Assembly (NCBI GenBank): GCA_036676705.1 | Contig: JAKFCJ010000183.1 | Coordinates: forward strand, 1-63,228 | DNA: 63,228 nt | Direction of reading: 5' to 3' | Source of the DNA: Bacteroidota bacterium | GTDB taxonomy: Bacteria > Bacteroidota > Bacteroidia > UBA8524 | Shown here: piece by piece, positions 47,743 to 62,342 of the stretch | How the letters are laid out: the number at the start of each line of letters is the position of its first letter | How positions within the stretch are numbered: position 1 is the stretch's first letter | Position numbers and translations under genes: made by a program | The notes under the pieces: model-generated | Seen by the model: only the letters and a program-made list of their open reading frames with translations | Database searches by the model: none | Told to the model about the DNA's origin: nothing

Positions 47743-48461
47743 CGCAGGCATTCCAGGTAGGCCTTGATCGAGGCTTCCAATCCGATATAGAGGGCATCGC
47801 AGATCAGGGCATGGCCTATGCTGACTTCAAGTAAATTCGGGATGGATTCCTGAAAATAACGCAGGTTTTCTAAACTTAAGTCGTGGCCGGCATTCAACCC
47901 TAAACCGATATTTTCTGCATGTTTCGCGGCTTCGAGATAGGGGGTAATGGCGCTTTTTGGGTTTTTCGGGAACTGGCTCGCGTAGGCTTCTGTATAGAGT
48001 TCAATACGGTCGGCACCCACTTCAATCGCTCCATGAACCATGTCAATTTGCGGGTCAACGAAAAGTGAAGTACGGATACCTGCTTCTTTAAATGCCCCGA
48101 TGATCTCCTTTAAATAATGGGCATGGGCAACCGTATCCCAACCCTGGTTGCTGGTAAGGTTGTTCCGGGAATCGGGAACAAGGGTAACCTGATGGGGTTT
48201 TACGTCAAGGACCAGATCCATAAACCGCTTTTCCATCGGATTTCCTTCGATATTAAACTCGGTCGTCAGCACTTTTTTCAGGGCATAGACATCGGCATAA
48301 CGAATATGCCTTTCGTCAGGACGGGGATGCACGGTAATACCCTGGGCGCCAAATTTTTCGGCATTTAGCGCAGCCCGGATCAGATCCGGATTGTTTCCTC
48401 CCCGTGAGTTACGGAGGGTTGCGATCTTATTGATATTGACAGAAAGCCGGGTATGGCCCAT
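47739..48461 (-). CDS. pdxJ: Pyridoxine 5'-phosphate synthase
   Basis: [39 protein letters not shown]. Confidence 0.97.
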   Translation of the reverse strand: MGHTRLSVNINKIATLRNSRGGNNPDLIRAALNAEKFGAQGITVHPRPDERHIRYADVYALKKVLTTEFNIEGNPMEKRFMDLVLDVKPHQVTLVPDSRNNLTSNQGWDTVAHAHYLKEIIGAFKEAGIRTSLFVDPQIDMVHGAIEVGADRIELYTEAYASQFPKNPKSAITPYLEAAKHAENIGLGLNAGHDLSLENLRYFQESIPNLLEVSIGHALICDALYIGLEASIKAYLECLR

Positions 48462-48464
48462 AAA

Positions 48465-52193
<3,729 letters not shown>

Positions 52194-52203
52194 GTTCAAC
52201 CCC

Positions 52204-53220
52204 CTAATGCTCCAGCTTCTGTTCCCAGTCCCAGGCGGAGCGGAACATGTCTTCGAGTCCGAGTTCGGCTTTCCAGCCTAATTTTTCTTCAGCCAGTCGG
52301 GTGTCGGCGTATACGGCTTCCACATCTCCGGGGCGGCGGGGTGCAAATTGATAAGGGACAGCTTTGCCTGTTGCCTTTTCAAAGGCTTTTACCATATCCA
52401 AAACGGAATAACCTGTTCCGGTACCGATATTAAAAACTTCAAAATTGTTTTCCTGTTTGCTGTCTAATTGCCTTTTGATGGCAGCTATATGGGCTTTGGC
52501 GAGGTCCACCACATGCAAATAATCCCGGACACAGGTGCCGTCGTGGGTGGCATAATCATTCCCGAAAATATTCAGGTGGCTCCGGATGCCCCGGGCAGTC
52601 TGGGTGAGGTAAGGCACGAGGTGGGTAGGAATGCCATGGGAGATTTCGCCAATTTCGGCAGTCGGGTGGTTGCCAATAGGGTTAAAATACCTCAATGAGA
52701 TAACCTGGATCGGGGTAGCCTTGCTGGTATCCCGTAAGATATCTTCCCCCATTTTTTTTGTATTCCCATAAGGTGAAACGGCCTCTTTAATGGGTGCGTT
52801 CTCGTTCACCGGAAGATGATCGGGATTTCCATAAACGGTGCAGGAAGAAGAAAATACGATGGGTTTTATGCCAAATTCAACCATATTATCCAGCAGGTTC
52901 AGCGTCGACAAGAGGTTGTTGCGGTAGTAAAAAAGGGGTTGTTCAACAGAATCACCCACCTGGAGCACGGCAGCAAAGTGGATGACGGCAGCGATATCGG
53001 AATTACGGTTAAAAAAAACCCTTAATGCAGGAGCATCGCACATTTCGATCTGTTCGAAATGGGGGCGGGTTCCGGTGATCTTTTCAATTTGATCGAGTCG
53101 GTCTGATTTCGAATTACTGAGGTTATCGATCAAAACAGGTTCAAAGCCCTGTTCGATCAATTCGATGGCTGTATGCGAACCGATATAGCCGGTACCTCCG
53201 GTAACCAAAATCTTTTTCAT
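52204..53220 (-). CDS. galE: UDP-glucose 4-epimerase
   Basis: GGTGYIGSH, FSSSCTVYG, YGNTK, LRYFNP, DGTCVRDY. Confidence 0.96.
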   Translation of the reverse strand: MKKILVTGGTGYIGSHTAIELIEQGFEPVLIDNLSNSKSDRLDQIEKITGTRPHFEQIEMCDAPALRVFFNRNSDIAAVIHFAAVLQVGDSVEQPLFYYRNNLLSTLNLLDNMVEFGIKPIVFSSSCTVYGNPDHLPVNENAPIKEAVSPYGNTKKMGEDILRDTSKATPIQVISLRYFNPIGNHPTAEIGEISHGIPTHLVPYLTQTARGIRSHLNIFGNDYATHDGTCVRDYLHVVDLAKAHIAAIKRQLDSKQENNFEVFNIGTGTGYSVLDMVKAFEKATGKAVPYQFAPRRPGDVEAVYADTRLAEEKLGWKAELGLEDMFRSAWDWEQKLEH

Positions 53221-53792
53221 GCTTTCCTTTTGCTGACTTTTCCGTCCTTCAGTTCGTAGATTTCTCCACTTTCTTCACATTTTGCAATGCCATTCGCATC
53301 AAATTCGAGCCGATGGCCATATTCGCTCATCCATCCCATTTGACGGGCCGGATTGCCTACCAATAAGGCATAATCAGGAACATTTTTCGTAACCACAGCA
53401 CCGGCGCCGATAAAGGCAAATTTGCCAATATCATGTCCGCACACAATGGTGGCATTAGCGCCAATACTCGCTCCTTGGCCCACATGGGTTTTGGAATATT
53501 GTCCGCGGCGGTTTACAGCGCTCCTTGGGTTCGTAACATTGGTGAAAACGCAGGAAGGACCGAGAAACACGTCATCATCGCAGGTCACCCCGGTATAGAT
53601 GGACACGTTATTTTGGATTTTTACATTGTTGCCCAACACCACTTCAGGGGAGATGACCACATTTTGTCCGAGGTTGCAGTTTTTACCCAGGACACAATTA
53701 GGCATCACGTGGCTAAAATGCCATATTTTGGTACCTTCTCCGATCTGGCAGCCTTCATCGATTATTGCGGTTTCGTGGGCGAAGTAGTTCAT
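53217..53792 (-). CDS. WbpD-like hexapeptide N-acetyltransferase
   Basis: IWHFSH, KIQNNVSIY, FTNV.NPRS, GNPARQ. Confidence 0.9.
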   Translation of the reverse strand: MNYFAHETAIIDEGCQIGEGTKIWHFSHVMPNCVLGKNCNLGQNVVISPEVVLGNNVKIQNNVSIYTGVTCDDDVFLGPSCVFTNVTNPRSAVNRRGQYSKTHVGQGASIGANATIVCGHDIGKFAFIGAGAVVTKNVPDYALLVGNPARQMGWMSEYGHRLEFDANGIAKCEESGEIYELKDGKVSKRKA

Positions 53793-53874
53793 TTATGATT
53801 TTTGATTTAATTCTTCATCTCATTAATTCATTTAATTCGCCGGAGAGAACCATATACAATTCACGGCTGGCCTA

Positions 53875-53897
53875 TCCTTCGGCAGGCTCAGGATGAC
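53875..53897 (+). repeat. Short form of the CTTCG...GCTCAG..TGAC element
   Basis: TCCTTCGGC-AG-GCTCAGGATGAC; next to degenerate TCTCA-type ~8-mers at 53910-53940. Confidence 0.65.
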
Positions 53898-53945
53898 GGC
53901 CATATGATGTCTCATCCCCTCACCGGTCTCACCATCTCCAAGTCT

Positions 53946-54923
53946 TTACTTAAACTCCCGGCCATGCGGGTCTTTAAACAACTCCGCTTCAGGTAAGCTT
54001 TTAAAATAATCGTACGTTATCTTCAAACCTTCTTCTCGTTTCATCTTAGGCTCCCAGCCCAGGATCTCCTGGGCCCGGGTTATATCCGGTTTGCGTTGTT
54101 TTGGGTCATCTTTTGGCAGGGGACGGTAAACCACCTTTTGGTGCGTGCCTGTTAGCTTGATGATCTCTTCTGCAAATTCTTTGATCGTGATCTCTACCGG
54201 GTTTCCTATGTTTACCGGATAGGCATAATCACTCAATAAGAGGCGATAAATTCCTTCTACCAGGTCATCTACATAACAGAAGGAACGGGTTTGGGATCCA
54301 TCTCCAAAAACAGTCAGGTCTTCGCCACGCAGGGCTTGTCCGATAAAGGCCGGCAAGGCTCTTCCGTCGTTCAGGCGCATCCTAGGTCCGTAGGTGTTAA
54401 AGATCCTCACAATACGGGTTTCAACGCCATGGTAAGTATGGTAGGCCATGGTCATGGCTTCCTGGAATCGTTTGGCTTCGTCATACACGCCACGCGGTCC
54501 GATCGGGTTTACATTGCCCCAATAGTCTTCATTTTGCGGATGAACAAGCGGGTCCCCATAAACTTCTGAGGTAGATGCGATCAGGACCCTGGCACTTTTT
54601 ACCCGGGCGAGTCCCAGGCAATTATGGATACCGAGTGAGCCTACTTTTAAGGTCTGGATCGGGATCTTCAGGTAGTCGATAGGGCTGGCCGGTGAGGCGA
54701 AATGGAGGATATAATCGAGGTCGCCGGGTACATGGATGAATTTGGAAACATCATGGTGGTAGAACTCGAAATTCGGGAGTTTGAACAGGTGTTCAATATT
54801 CCGCAGGTCTCCGGTGATCAGGTTATCCATGGCGATAACATGGAAATCTTCCTTGATAAAGCGGTCGCATAAATGGGAACCCAGGAATCCGGCACCTCCG
54901 GTGATCAATACACGTTTTCTCAT
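53946..54923 (-). CDS. UDP-glucuronate decarboxylase (UDP-xylose synthase)
   Basis: [41 protein letters not shown]. Confidence 0.94.
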   Translation of the reverse strand: MRKRVLITGGAGFLGSHLCDRFIKEDFHVIAMDNLITGDLRNIEHLFKLPNFEFYHHDVSKFIHVPGDLDYILHFASPASPIDYLKIPIQTLKVGSLGIHNCLGLARVKSARVLIASTSEVYGDPLVHPQNEDYWGNVNPIGPRGVYDEAKRFQEAMTMAYHTYHGVETRIVRIFNTYGPRMRLNDGRALPAFIGQALRGEDLTVFGDGSQTRSFCYVDDLVEGIYRLLLSDYAYPVNIGNPVEITIKEFAEEIIKLTGTHQKVVYRPLPKDDPKQRKPDITRAQEILGWEPKMKREEGLKITYDYFKSLPEAELFKDPHGREFK

Positions 54924-54924
54924 C

Positions 54925-56241
54925 TTATTTAACTCCAATTCCATAATAGGCATAGCCCCGTTCTTTCAGGTCGTCGCCTTCGTAAATATTCCTTCCGTCA
55001 AACACCACCTTGTTCTTCATGATCTCGTTCATCAGATCGAAGTTAGGGAAACGGAACTCAGGCCATTCGGTTGCCAGGATCAGGGCATCAACCCCTTTTA
55101 AGGTTTCATATTGTTCGGCACAATATTCAATGCGGTTACCGATCATATGTTTGGCTTCTTCCATTGCCACCGGATCAAAGGCTTTTACTTTGGCACCGGC
55201 TTCAAGAAGCTTTTCGATGATCACCACCGAAGGAGCTTCCCGCATGTCATCGGTTTTGGGTTTGAAAGAAAGTCCCCAAAAGCCAAATGTTTTTCCGCTG
55301 AGGTCTTCGCCAAAATGTTTGACTACTTTACTAAAGAGCACTTCTTTTTGTGCTTCATTCACTTCTTCCACCGCTTTTAAAACACGCATGTTATATCCTT
55401 TTTGGGCAGCGGTTTTGATCAGGGCTTTAACATCTTTTGGGAAACAGGAGCCTCCATATCCGATACCCGGATAAATAAATTTATTTCCGATACGGGGGTC
55501 GGATCCTATCCCTTTTCTCACCAGGTTTACATCGGCCCCAACAATTTCGCACAGGTTAGCAACATCGTTCATGAAGCTGATCTTGGTGGCCAGCATCGCA
55601 TTCGCGGCGTATTTGGTCATTTCCGCTGAAGGGATATCCATAAAAATGACAGGATGCCCGTTCAGGGTAAAGGGTTTATACAGTTTGCTCATGATCTCCT
55701 GGGCTTTTGCCGACTCCACACCGATAACGATACGGTCGGGTCTTAAAAAGTCGTCGATCGCGGCACCTTCTTTCAAAAACTCGGGATTGGAAGCAACGTC
55801 GAAGGGAATGTTCACTCCTCTTTTATCGAGGGCTTCCTGGAGGGCAACTTTTACTTTTTCAGCCGTTCCCACGGGTACGGTCGATTTGGTTACCACAACT
55901 CCATAACTGTTCATGTTCTCACCGATCTCACGGGCCACGGCCAGTACATATTTCAGGTCGGCAGATCCGTCTTCACCGGGAGGGGTTCCCACAGCGATAA
56001 AGGCCACATCGGCTCCCTTTATGGCTTCACCGAGATTGGTAGAAAAGGTGAGCCGTTTGGCTTCGTAATTTTTAACCACCATCTCCTCAAGTCCGGGTTC
56101 GTAAATGGGCATGATGCCGTTTTTCAGTCCTTCGATCTTCTTTTGATCGATATCGATACAAACTACATCGATACCTACTTCTGCGAAACAGGTTCCTGTT
56201 ACAAGGCCAACATAGCCGGTTCCTACTACTACTATTTTCAT
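54925..56241 (-). CDS. ugd: UDP-glucose 6-dehydrogenase
   Basis: [43 protein letters not shown]. Confidence 0.95.
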   Translation of the reverse strand: MKIVVVGTGYVGLVTGTCFAEVGIDVVCIDIDQKKIEGLKNGIMPIYEPGLEEMVVKNYEAKRLTFSTNLGEAIKGADVAFIAVGTPPGEDGSADLKYVLAVAREIGENMNSYGVVVTKSTVPVGTAEKVKVALQEALDKRGVNIPFDVASNPEFLKEGAAIDDFLRPDRIVIGVESAKAQEIMSKLYKPFTLNGHPVIFMDIPSAEMTKYAANAMLATKISFMNDVANLCEIVGADVNLVRKGIGSDPRIGNKFIYPGIGYGGSCFPKDVKALIKTAAQKGYNMRVLKAVEEVNEAQKEVLFSKVVKHFGEDLSGKTFGFWGLSFKPKTDDMREAPSVVIIEKLLEAGAKVKAFDPVAMEEAKHMIGNRIEYCAEQYETLKGVDALILATEWPEFRFPNFDLMNEIMKNKVVFDGRNIYEGDDLKERGYAYYGIGVK

Positions 56242-57386
56242 GCTTGGGAAATATGTTTTGAGGTTAAAAATGCTTTAAAATGGTGGGTAATATAGCTAAG
56301 TTGTTCCGGATCGAGGTTCGGACTCATCGGCAAAGAAATGACTTCTTTGCACAATTCTTCTGTAACAGGGAACTGTCCTTCCTGATAGCGGTCGTCCTGA
56401 TATGCTTTTTGCAGATGCAGGGGTACCGGATAATAGATCATAGCCGGGATCTCCTGTTCGGCCAGGTATTTTCTGAGTGCGTCGCGGTCTATCCCCTTCA
56501 AACGCAGGGTATATTGATGGAAAACATGGCTGCTCTGGCTGTCGATACAGGGGGTGATCACGTTTTCGAGTTCTCCGAAGGCAGCATTATAAAACAAAGC
56601 TACTTCCAGGCGTTTTTTATTGTAGGTGTCCAGATGAGGAAGTTTACAACGAAGGATTGCCGCCTGTATACTGTCTAAGCGGGAGTTTACCCCGATTTCG
56701 TCATGATAATACTGAACCCGCTGGCCATGGTTGGCGATCATACGTGTTTTTTTTGCCAGTTCATCGTCGTTGGTGAAAATTGCACCTCCATCGCCATAAC
56801 AGCCTAAATTTTTGGAAGGGAAAAAACTGGTACAGCCGAAAGTTCCCATGGTGCCGGCCTTTTTAACAGTGCCGTCACTAAAAGTATATTCCGCTCCGAT
56901 AGCCTGGGCGGTATCTTCGATTACGTATAAATGATGTTCTTTGGCGATGGATAAAATTTCTTCCATATCTGCACACTGACCAAAGAGATGCACCGGAACG
57001 ATGGCTTTGGTTTTTGGGGTAATGGCTTTTCGGATCTCCTCCGTATCGATGCAAAAAGTATCCGGGTCGACATCCACCAAAACAGGTTTTAATTTGAGGA
57101 GCGCAATAACCTCAGCAGTAGCAACATAGGTAAAGGAAGCAGTGATCACTTCATCGCCGGGTTGAAGGTTGAGGGCCATCATTGCAACCTGCAGGGCATC
57201 GGTTCCGTTTGCACAAGGGATGACATGGTTCACATGAAGGTAATCTTCCAGTTCTTTCTGAAAAGTTTTTACTTCCGGACCATTGATAAATGCCGTAGTA
57301 TGAATGGTTGACAAGATAGCGTGATCGATCTCGCTTTGAATTTCTTCGTATTGACGAAGCAGATCGACCATTTGAATTTTGCGCAT
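56238..57386 (-). CDS. DegT/DnrJ/EryC1/StrS aminotransferase (WbpE-like)
   Basis: NGTDAL, IEDTAQA, SFFPSKNLGCYGDGG, NSRLD. Confidence 0.94.
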   Translation of the reverse strand: MRKIQMVDLLRQYEEIQSEIDHAILSTIHTTAFINGPEVKTFQKELEDYLHVNHVIPCANGTDALQVAMMALNLQPGDEVITASFTYVATAEVIALLKLKPVLVDVDPDTFCIDTEEIRKAITPKTKAIVPVHLFGQCADMEEILSIAKEHHLYVIEDTAQAIGAEYTFSDGTVKKAGTMGTFGCTSFFPSKNLGCYGDGGAIFTNDDELAKKTRMIANHGQRVQYYHDEIGVNSRLDSIQAAILRCKLPHLDTYNKKRLEVALFYNAAFGELENVITPCIDSQSSHVFHQYTLRLKGIDRDALRKYLAEQEIPAMIYYPVPLHLQKAYQDDRYQEGQFPVTEELCKEVISLPMSPNLDPEQLSYITHHFKAFLTSKHISQA

Positions 57387-57410
57387 GAATAGGTTGTTTT
57401 AAAACGCGGA

Positions 57411-57461
57411 CAAAGATAGATTTTCCAAAGGAATACTTTCCGTCTGAATCCGATATATTTG
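57411..57461. promoter_or_regulatory. Divergent TAnnTTTG promoters
   Basis: CAAAGATA (57411-57418) and TATATTTG (57454-57461). Confidence 0.6.
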
Positions 57462-57468
57462 AAAGCTC

Positions 57469-58230
57469 ATGAGACGATTGATTTGCCTTCTGTTTGTATT
57501 GGTTCCTCTAATTTCCGGCGCGCAACGTCAGGATAGTATTTCTCGTGTAAAAACGGGGTTTATCTGTCAGTTTACGTATAACTTCAATATACCAGGTGCC
57601 GATCTGGCCAAACGCTATAGCGCCGGATCAGCTGTAGGAGCCGGGGTTTATTATAAAACAGGAACGAACTGGTTTTTTGGGGTCGAAGGGGCGTATTGGT
57701 TTGGCGCGGGGTTGCGTGAAAAAGGAATTTTTGATGCCATTACCGATTCGAACGGGTATGCGGTCGACAACAACGGAGGATTGGTTCCGGTTGACGCCCA
57801 GCAACGTGGGTATACCCTGGGCGCGAAGGTGGGGAAGATCATTCCGCTTAACCAGCGCAACAGAAATTCCGGACTTATGATCTCCCTGGGAGGGGGATAC
57901 GTGGAGCATTACCTGCGTTTGGCAAATAATACCCTGAATGTGGCGGCCCTGCAGGGTGATTTTCGCTATGGGTATGACCGGCTTACAAGCGGCTTAATGA
58001 TCAATCAGTTTATCGGGTATCAGAACCTGGATAAAAGGAACCGCCTCAACTTTTTTATCGGAATGGAATTTATGCAGGGCTTTACCTCAAGCAGGCGCAA
58101 AATTGACTATGATCTGATGACGGGCAATCCGAACAAGAGGATGGATACCTATGTTGGCATTCGGTTCGGATGGCTACTTCCCATTTATACCGGCGTTGTA
58201 AGCGAAACTGGAGGTTATCGATTTAAATAG
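57469..58230 (+). CDS. Hypothetical outer-membrane beta-barrel protein
   Basis: Signal peptide, alternating aromatic/Gly strands, PGADLAKRY, GYDRLTSG. Confidence 0.7.
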   Translation: MRRLICLLFVLVPLISGAQRQDSISRVKTGFICQFTYNFNIPGADLAKRYSAGSAVGAGVYYKTGTNWFFGVEGAYWFGAGLREKGIFDAITDSNGYAVDNNGGLVPVDAQQRGYTLGAKVGKIIPLNQRNRNSGLMISLGGGYVEHYLRLANNTLNVAALQGDFRYGYDRLTSGLMINQFIGYQNLDKRNRLNFFIGMEFMQGFTSSRRKIDYDLMTGNPNKRMDTYVGIRFGWLLPIYTGVVSETGGYRFK

Positions 58231-59471
58231 TGCGGATCCTTTATACTATCGGAATTTGGCTTTATGCCCTGGGAATTCGCCTGGCGGCTTTACGTTCGGA
58301 TAAGGCAAGAGCCTGGATAAAAGGACGAAAGAACTGGCGTGAACGAATGCCGGCACTGAAATCCGGGAAAAGGTATTGGTTTCATTGTGCCTCACTCGGC
58401 GAATTTGAGCAGGCGAGGCCCCTGATCGAACATTACCATAAACAGGGAATAGAGATCTGCCTGAGCTTTTTTTCACCTTCCGGTTACGAATCGCGTAAAA
58501 ACTATGCCCTGGCTTCCTGGGTGGGCTATTTGCCTATGGATGGACCGCGTGCTGCAAAGGATTTTGTTCGTCTGATGGATCCCGATCTGGTCTTTTTTGT
58601 TAAATACGAGTTTTGGTATTTTTTCCTGATGGAGATAAAGGCGCGGAAGATTCCGGCGTATCTCATTTCTGCCCGTTTTCGTTCTTCACAGCCCTTTTTT
58701 AAATGGTATGGAAATTTACACCGGCAGATGCTCCGGACCTATTCCCGGATTTTTACCCAGGACCAGGTTTCGGTCGATCTGTTGAAAGAGATTGGAGTTA
58801 CGCAGGTTCTTTTTGCCGGTGATACCCGCTTCGACAGGGTGATCCAATTGCCCCAACAAAGAAAAACCCTTCCGCTTATTGAGGCTTTTTGCGCCAATTC
58901 CTTCACATTAATTGCCGGTTCCAGTTGGCCAAAAGAAGAGGAGCTTGTCGAACAGTCCCTTCCTCATTTCCCGGAAATGCGCTGGGTGCTGGTGCCGCAT
59001 GATATTTCCGAGTCTCGTTTAAAGGAAATGGAAACCCGCTTTAAGGGAAGATCCGTTCGTTATTCTGCACTTGAAGCCGGACAGGAGCCCGACGACGCCC
59101 GGGTACTGATCGTTGATAAGATGGGCTTGCTGGTGAATGTGTATCCGTACGGACAGGTGGCCTTTGTGGGAGGAGGATTTTCGAATGCCCTGCACAATAT
59201 TTTGGAAGCAGCTGTTTGGGGAATGCCGGTTATGTATGGAGATCATTGCGAAAAATATCCGGAAGGCAAGGAACTCGCTGAGGCTGGAGGAGGAAACAGC
59301 ATCGGGGGTCTGGATGACCTGCTGGGATTGCTCATGGAATGGCAGGATGAAAAGATCCGGAATTTAAGCGGGGAGAAGGCCATCAGATGGATCGAAGAAA
59401 ATGCAGGGGCGACGGAGAGGATATTGGGGGCTATCGATGGTTTTACCGGGACCCAAAAAACTCCACTATAA
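58230..59471 (+). CDS. waaA: 3-deoxy-D-manno-octulosonate (Kdo) transferase
   Basis: WFHCASLGEFEQ, GDTRFDRV, AGSSW, VGGGF...HNILEAA. Confidence 0.93.
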   Translation: MRILYTIGIWLYALGIRLAALRSDKARAWIKGRKNWRERMPALKSGKRYWFHCASLGEFEQARPLIEHYHKQGIEICLSFFSPSGYESRKNYALASWVGYLPMDGPRAAKDFVRLMDPDLVFFVKYEFWYFFLMEIKARKIPAYLISARFRSSQPFFKWYGNLHRQMLRTYSRIFTQDQVSVDLLKEIGVTQVLFAGDTRFDRVIQLPQQRKTLPLIEAFCANSFTLIAGSSWPKEEELVEQSLPHFPEMRWVLVPHDISESRLKEMETRFKGRSVRYSALEAGQEPDDARVLIVDKMGLLVNVYPYGQVAFVGGGFSNALHNILEAAVWGMPVMYGDHCEKYPEGKELAEAGGGNSIGGLDDLLGLLMEWQDEKIRNLSGEKAIRWIEENAGATERILGAIDGFTGTQKTPL

Positions 59472-60150
59472 GCTCCTCCTCTTCGGGTTTGAGTTTTTCG
59501 AGATAAATCACATGGAGGGAGGCCTGGGTCAGTTCGGCCTCAAAATATTTTAGGTTCAGGTCGGCTGTTGGAACCACCACCACCAAACGGGAATCTTTAA
59601 AGACCAGTTGCATCCTTGGGCCCTCTTTGCCTTTCATGGAATAAACCACCAAGCCGGCTGTATCGGTGATCTGCTTAAAGTCAAAATGTTTGATAAAAGC
59701 ATTCATGTCGGCCGTATCCACCTTGCTTTTTTTCGGGTTCAACAGCTTGGCCAACTCGGTTTCCGGGATACTCTTTGGATCGATGCGGTCTTTGAGAATA
59801 TAACCCCGAAAAATAAGGGCATGGGTGCTGAATGAGCTTGTGGTATCGTGTATGGTTTGCTGGGGCAGGTAAATACCGCCAACCACCTTGCCGTTAATAT
59901 CATGCAATACTGCATTGGCCTTGGCCTGGCTGCGGGACATGTCCTTACGTTTTACCCAAACTTTGGTATAAATTTTAATCCGGGCTTTGTTGTCGGAGTT
60001 TCCTTCTATCCATACCTCCGCCCCCCGGTCAAGCCAGGCCAAAGGCTGGGAGGCATAAGGGGTATCGAAGATCTCTGCGGTAGAAAGCACCTTTTCGGCA
60101 TGGGCCAGGGTAATGGCGAGCAGGAATAGCGTGAGGAGGAGGTTTCTCAT
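59443..60150 (-). CDS. Hypothetical exported protein
   Basis: Signal peptide MRNLLLTLFLLAITLAHA at 60150; TATCTTTG at 60156-60163 on the - strand. Confidence 0.7.
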   Translation of the reverse strand: MRNLLLTLFLLAITLAHAEKVLSTAEIFDTPYASQPLAWLDRGAEVWIEGNSDNKARIKIYTKVWVKRKDMSRSQAKANAVLHDINGKVVGGIYLPQQTIHDTTSSFSTHALIFRGYILKDRIDPKSIPETELAKLLNPKKSKVDTADMNAFIKHFDFKQITDTAGLVVYSMKGKEGPRMQLVFKDSRLVVVVPTADLNLKYFEAELTQASLHVIYLEKLKPEEEELIVEFFGSR

Positions 60151-60181
60151 TGTAACAAAGATAGGGAGAAAGGGGGAAAGG

Positions 60182-60351
60182 ACACACCCCCCAGCCCCCT
60201 CTCGAGAGGGGGAGCTTGATTTTGGGAAGGATGGAGATTGTGGTAAAAATAGTATTTTTCTGTCAAGATGCTGGCGACTGCCTGTGCTCCCCATGAGGCT
60301 ACGTCAGTAGCCGATCCAAAAGTCCCCTCTCGAGAGGGGAACGGGGTGTGT
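60182..60351. repeat. Inverted REP-like doublet of perfect 18-bp palindromes
   Basis: ACACACCCC..CCCCCTCTCGAGAGGGGG (palindrome 60195-60212) and TCCCCTCTCGAGAGGGGA (palindrome 60323-60340)..GGGGTGTGT. Confidence 0.85.
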
Positions 60352-60383
60352 TTCACGCGCCCTCAGAGCTAAATCAATCTCCT

Positions 60384-60842
60384 TCACTTACCCAAATCAT
60401 TCAAAAAAGGTTCTGCCTTTGAAAGTATGTTCAGTCTTAGGAGCAATTCCGTATGGGACTTGTAATCATCTGATTCAAACGCAGTAATATAATTCCTTAA
60501 TAGATCCAGGCAGTTGCTTAAGTTGTCGTAGATATCCTCATTTGTGAAGCGGAGCACGTTCAGACCAAACTGATTCAGGTAACATTCTTTTTTGAGGTCT
60601 TTTTCCTGAACAGCTAACTCATTATGGTAACCACCATCGAGTTCGATGACAAGTTTGAGTTCATAACAAAAGAAATCGGCAATGAAATTACCGAGTGGTT
60701 TTTGGCGGTGAAAATCATATTTATCTTCAAACCTACCTTTTAAATATTGCCAGAGAACATACTCTGGTTTGGTGCAGTCGTTTCTTAATTCCCTTGCGAG
60801 AAGTTTCAAATGCCTGTTATAGGGGATGATGTGGCGTCGCAT
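60384..60842 (-). CDS. DUF559 / Vsr-like endonuclease-domain protein
   Basis: ARELRNDCTKPEYVLWQYLK, FHRQKPLGNFIADFFC, IELDGGYH, VLRFTN. Confidence 0.92.
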   Translation of the reverse strand: MRRHIIPYNRHLKLLARELRNDCTKPEYVLWQYLKGRFEDKYDFHRQKPLGNFIADFFCYELKLVIELDGGYHNELAVQEKDLKKECYLNQFGLNVLRFTNEDIYDNLSNCLDLLRNYITAFESDDYKSHTELLLRLNILSKAEPFLNDLGK

Positions 60843-61001
60843 GATTTATGTGCTTTAGGAATTATAAAATTAGAACTCACGAATTGAACTAACTGTATGT
60901 TAAATACTTATAAGTGTTTATAAATGCTTAAATGTTAAGAGGAAATTGAAATTACTTCCCAAAAGGATGTATTTTTTTCGCTGTTTAGCGTTATACCCTA
61001 C

Positions 61002-62225
61002 ATGAAACCAATCCTCTTATTCCTCCTTTTGGGGTATTCCTTTTTTGCGGGAGCCCAGGAAATGGGTAAGCCAGTGGATTTTGATGATCCGAGGGTTGGG
61101 GATTATTTAACGCTTGAACCTATCTTATTTTCCTATGATGGGATGTTAAGGATGCGTCAGGACAGCTACCGGATCCTTCAGGATGCGTTAGAGGTACTGA
61201 AACGACTACCCGACTGGAAATTCCAATTGGAATCGCATACGGATTGCCGTACAGGATATTCATTTAACGATTCCCTAAGTCAGATGCGGGCGGATACTTT
61301 GCTCAATTATGTGCTCGCTATGGGCTTCCCAGCCTGGAGGATCACAGCAAAGGGCATGGGCGAAAGGATGTTGTTGATGGAAAAATGCTCCTGCGACCTG
61401 ACCGATTACAACAGCCGTATTTGTCAAGAAAAGGAACATCAGTTGAACCGAAGGACTATCATCCGGCTCATTGAAAAGATCATATGGACGGGACATGAGC
61501 CCTTATCCCTGAAATTCCCGAGTGCCGGGCAATATCGTGTCATACCTTTTGAAAATTCCGGAGATGAAGCCATTCATAAAGCTAATTTGGAACTTTGGCC
61601 CTTTTTGGATTCATTTAATCTATGTGAAGGCCTTTATTTTACCTTATACTACTTGCCTGGAATAGCAACTCTCGCAAAGCCTTTTGTTAGCCGAAGGAGG
61701 AAAAAGGAAGTCACCAGTATCCCATTCTATGAGGACATACCATCCAGAATACACATTATCCATAAAAAGCCCGGTCAAACCTTTCAAGGTATTCAAAGCG
61801 GCTATGTAGTAGTTCTAGATTCGATTGTATCCAATAAAAAAATATTGGATGAGGTTGGAATTTCGGGTGATACACAAGTCACAATCTCAGATGTGGTTTA
61901 TGATTTCGAAAAGCCTCTTCTTTTGGAATACCCATCTATTGGTGGCCTGATAATTCCAACGGAAGATGGCAGTGCAAGCATGAAGTATCGATTGTATTTT
62001 GTTATCACTGACTATCGAAATTGTCTTGTGTATTATCATCATATCAATTACAAAAAATGGATAGTATGTCAGGATACTAGCGGTGTGGACTATATTGGAT
62101 ATTCTGCACGGATGAGGGAGGAGTTTCCCAATTTTCCTGAAATTGTTGAAGTCAAATACATCAACATCCCGGAACTTAAACGACCCTGGATGCTCATTCT
62201 GCAGCCGATCAAGGAGGGGGAGTGA
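61002..62225 (+). CDS. OmpA-like peptidoglycan-binding domain protein with an unknown C-terminal half
   Basis: LESHTDCR...NDSLSQMRA...AKGMGE...HQLNRRT. Confidence 0.85.
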   Translation: MKPILLFLLLGYSFFAGAQEMGKPVDFDDPRVGDYLTLEPILFSYDGMLRMRQDSYRILQDALEVLKRLPDWKFQLESHTDCRTGYSFNDSLSQMRADTLLNYVLAMGFPAWRITAKGMGERMLLMEKCSCDLTDYNSRICQEKEHQLNRRTIIRLIEKIIWTGHEPLSLKFPSAGQYRVIPFENSGDEAIHKANLELWPFLDSFNLCEGLYFTLYYLPGIATLAKPFVSRRRKKEVTSIPFYEDIPSRIHIIHKKPGQTFQGIQSGYVVVLDSIVSNKKILDEVGISGDTQVTISDVVYDFEKPLLLEYPSIGGLIIPTEDGSASMKYRLYFVITDYRNCLVYYHHINYKKWIVCQDTSGVDYIGYSARMREEFPNFPEIVEVKYINIPELKRPWMLILQPIKEGE

Positions 62226-62254
62226 GTTTAACTGTGGATCTCGACGCGCCGCCG

Positions 62255-62316
62255 CCCTTCGACTCGGCGTGGGGATTTTGCAAAAAATATAAATACGTTT
62301 GCCGGCTCAGGGTGAC
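62255..62316 (+). repeat. 62-bp dispersed element, copy B
   Basis: CCCTTCGAC-TC-GGCGTGGGG-N23-TTTGCC-G-GCTCAGGGTGAC. Confidence 0.85.
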
Positions 62317-62342
62317 GGCCTTTGGAGTTTAGCAGTCAACCA

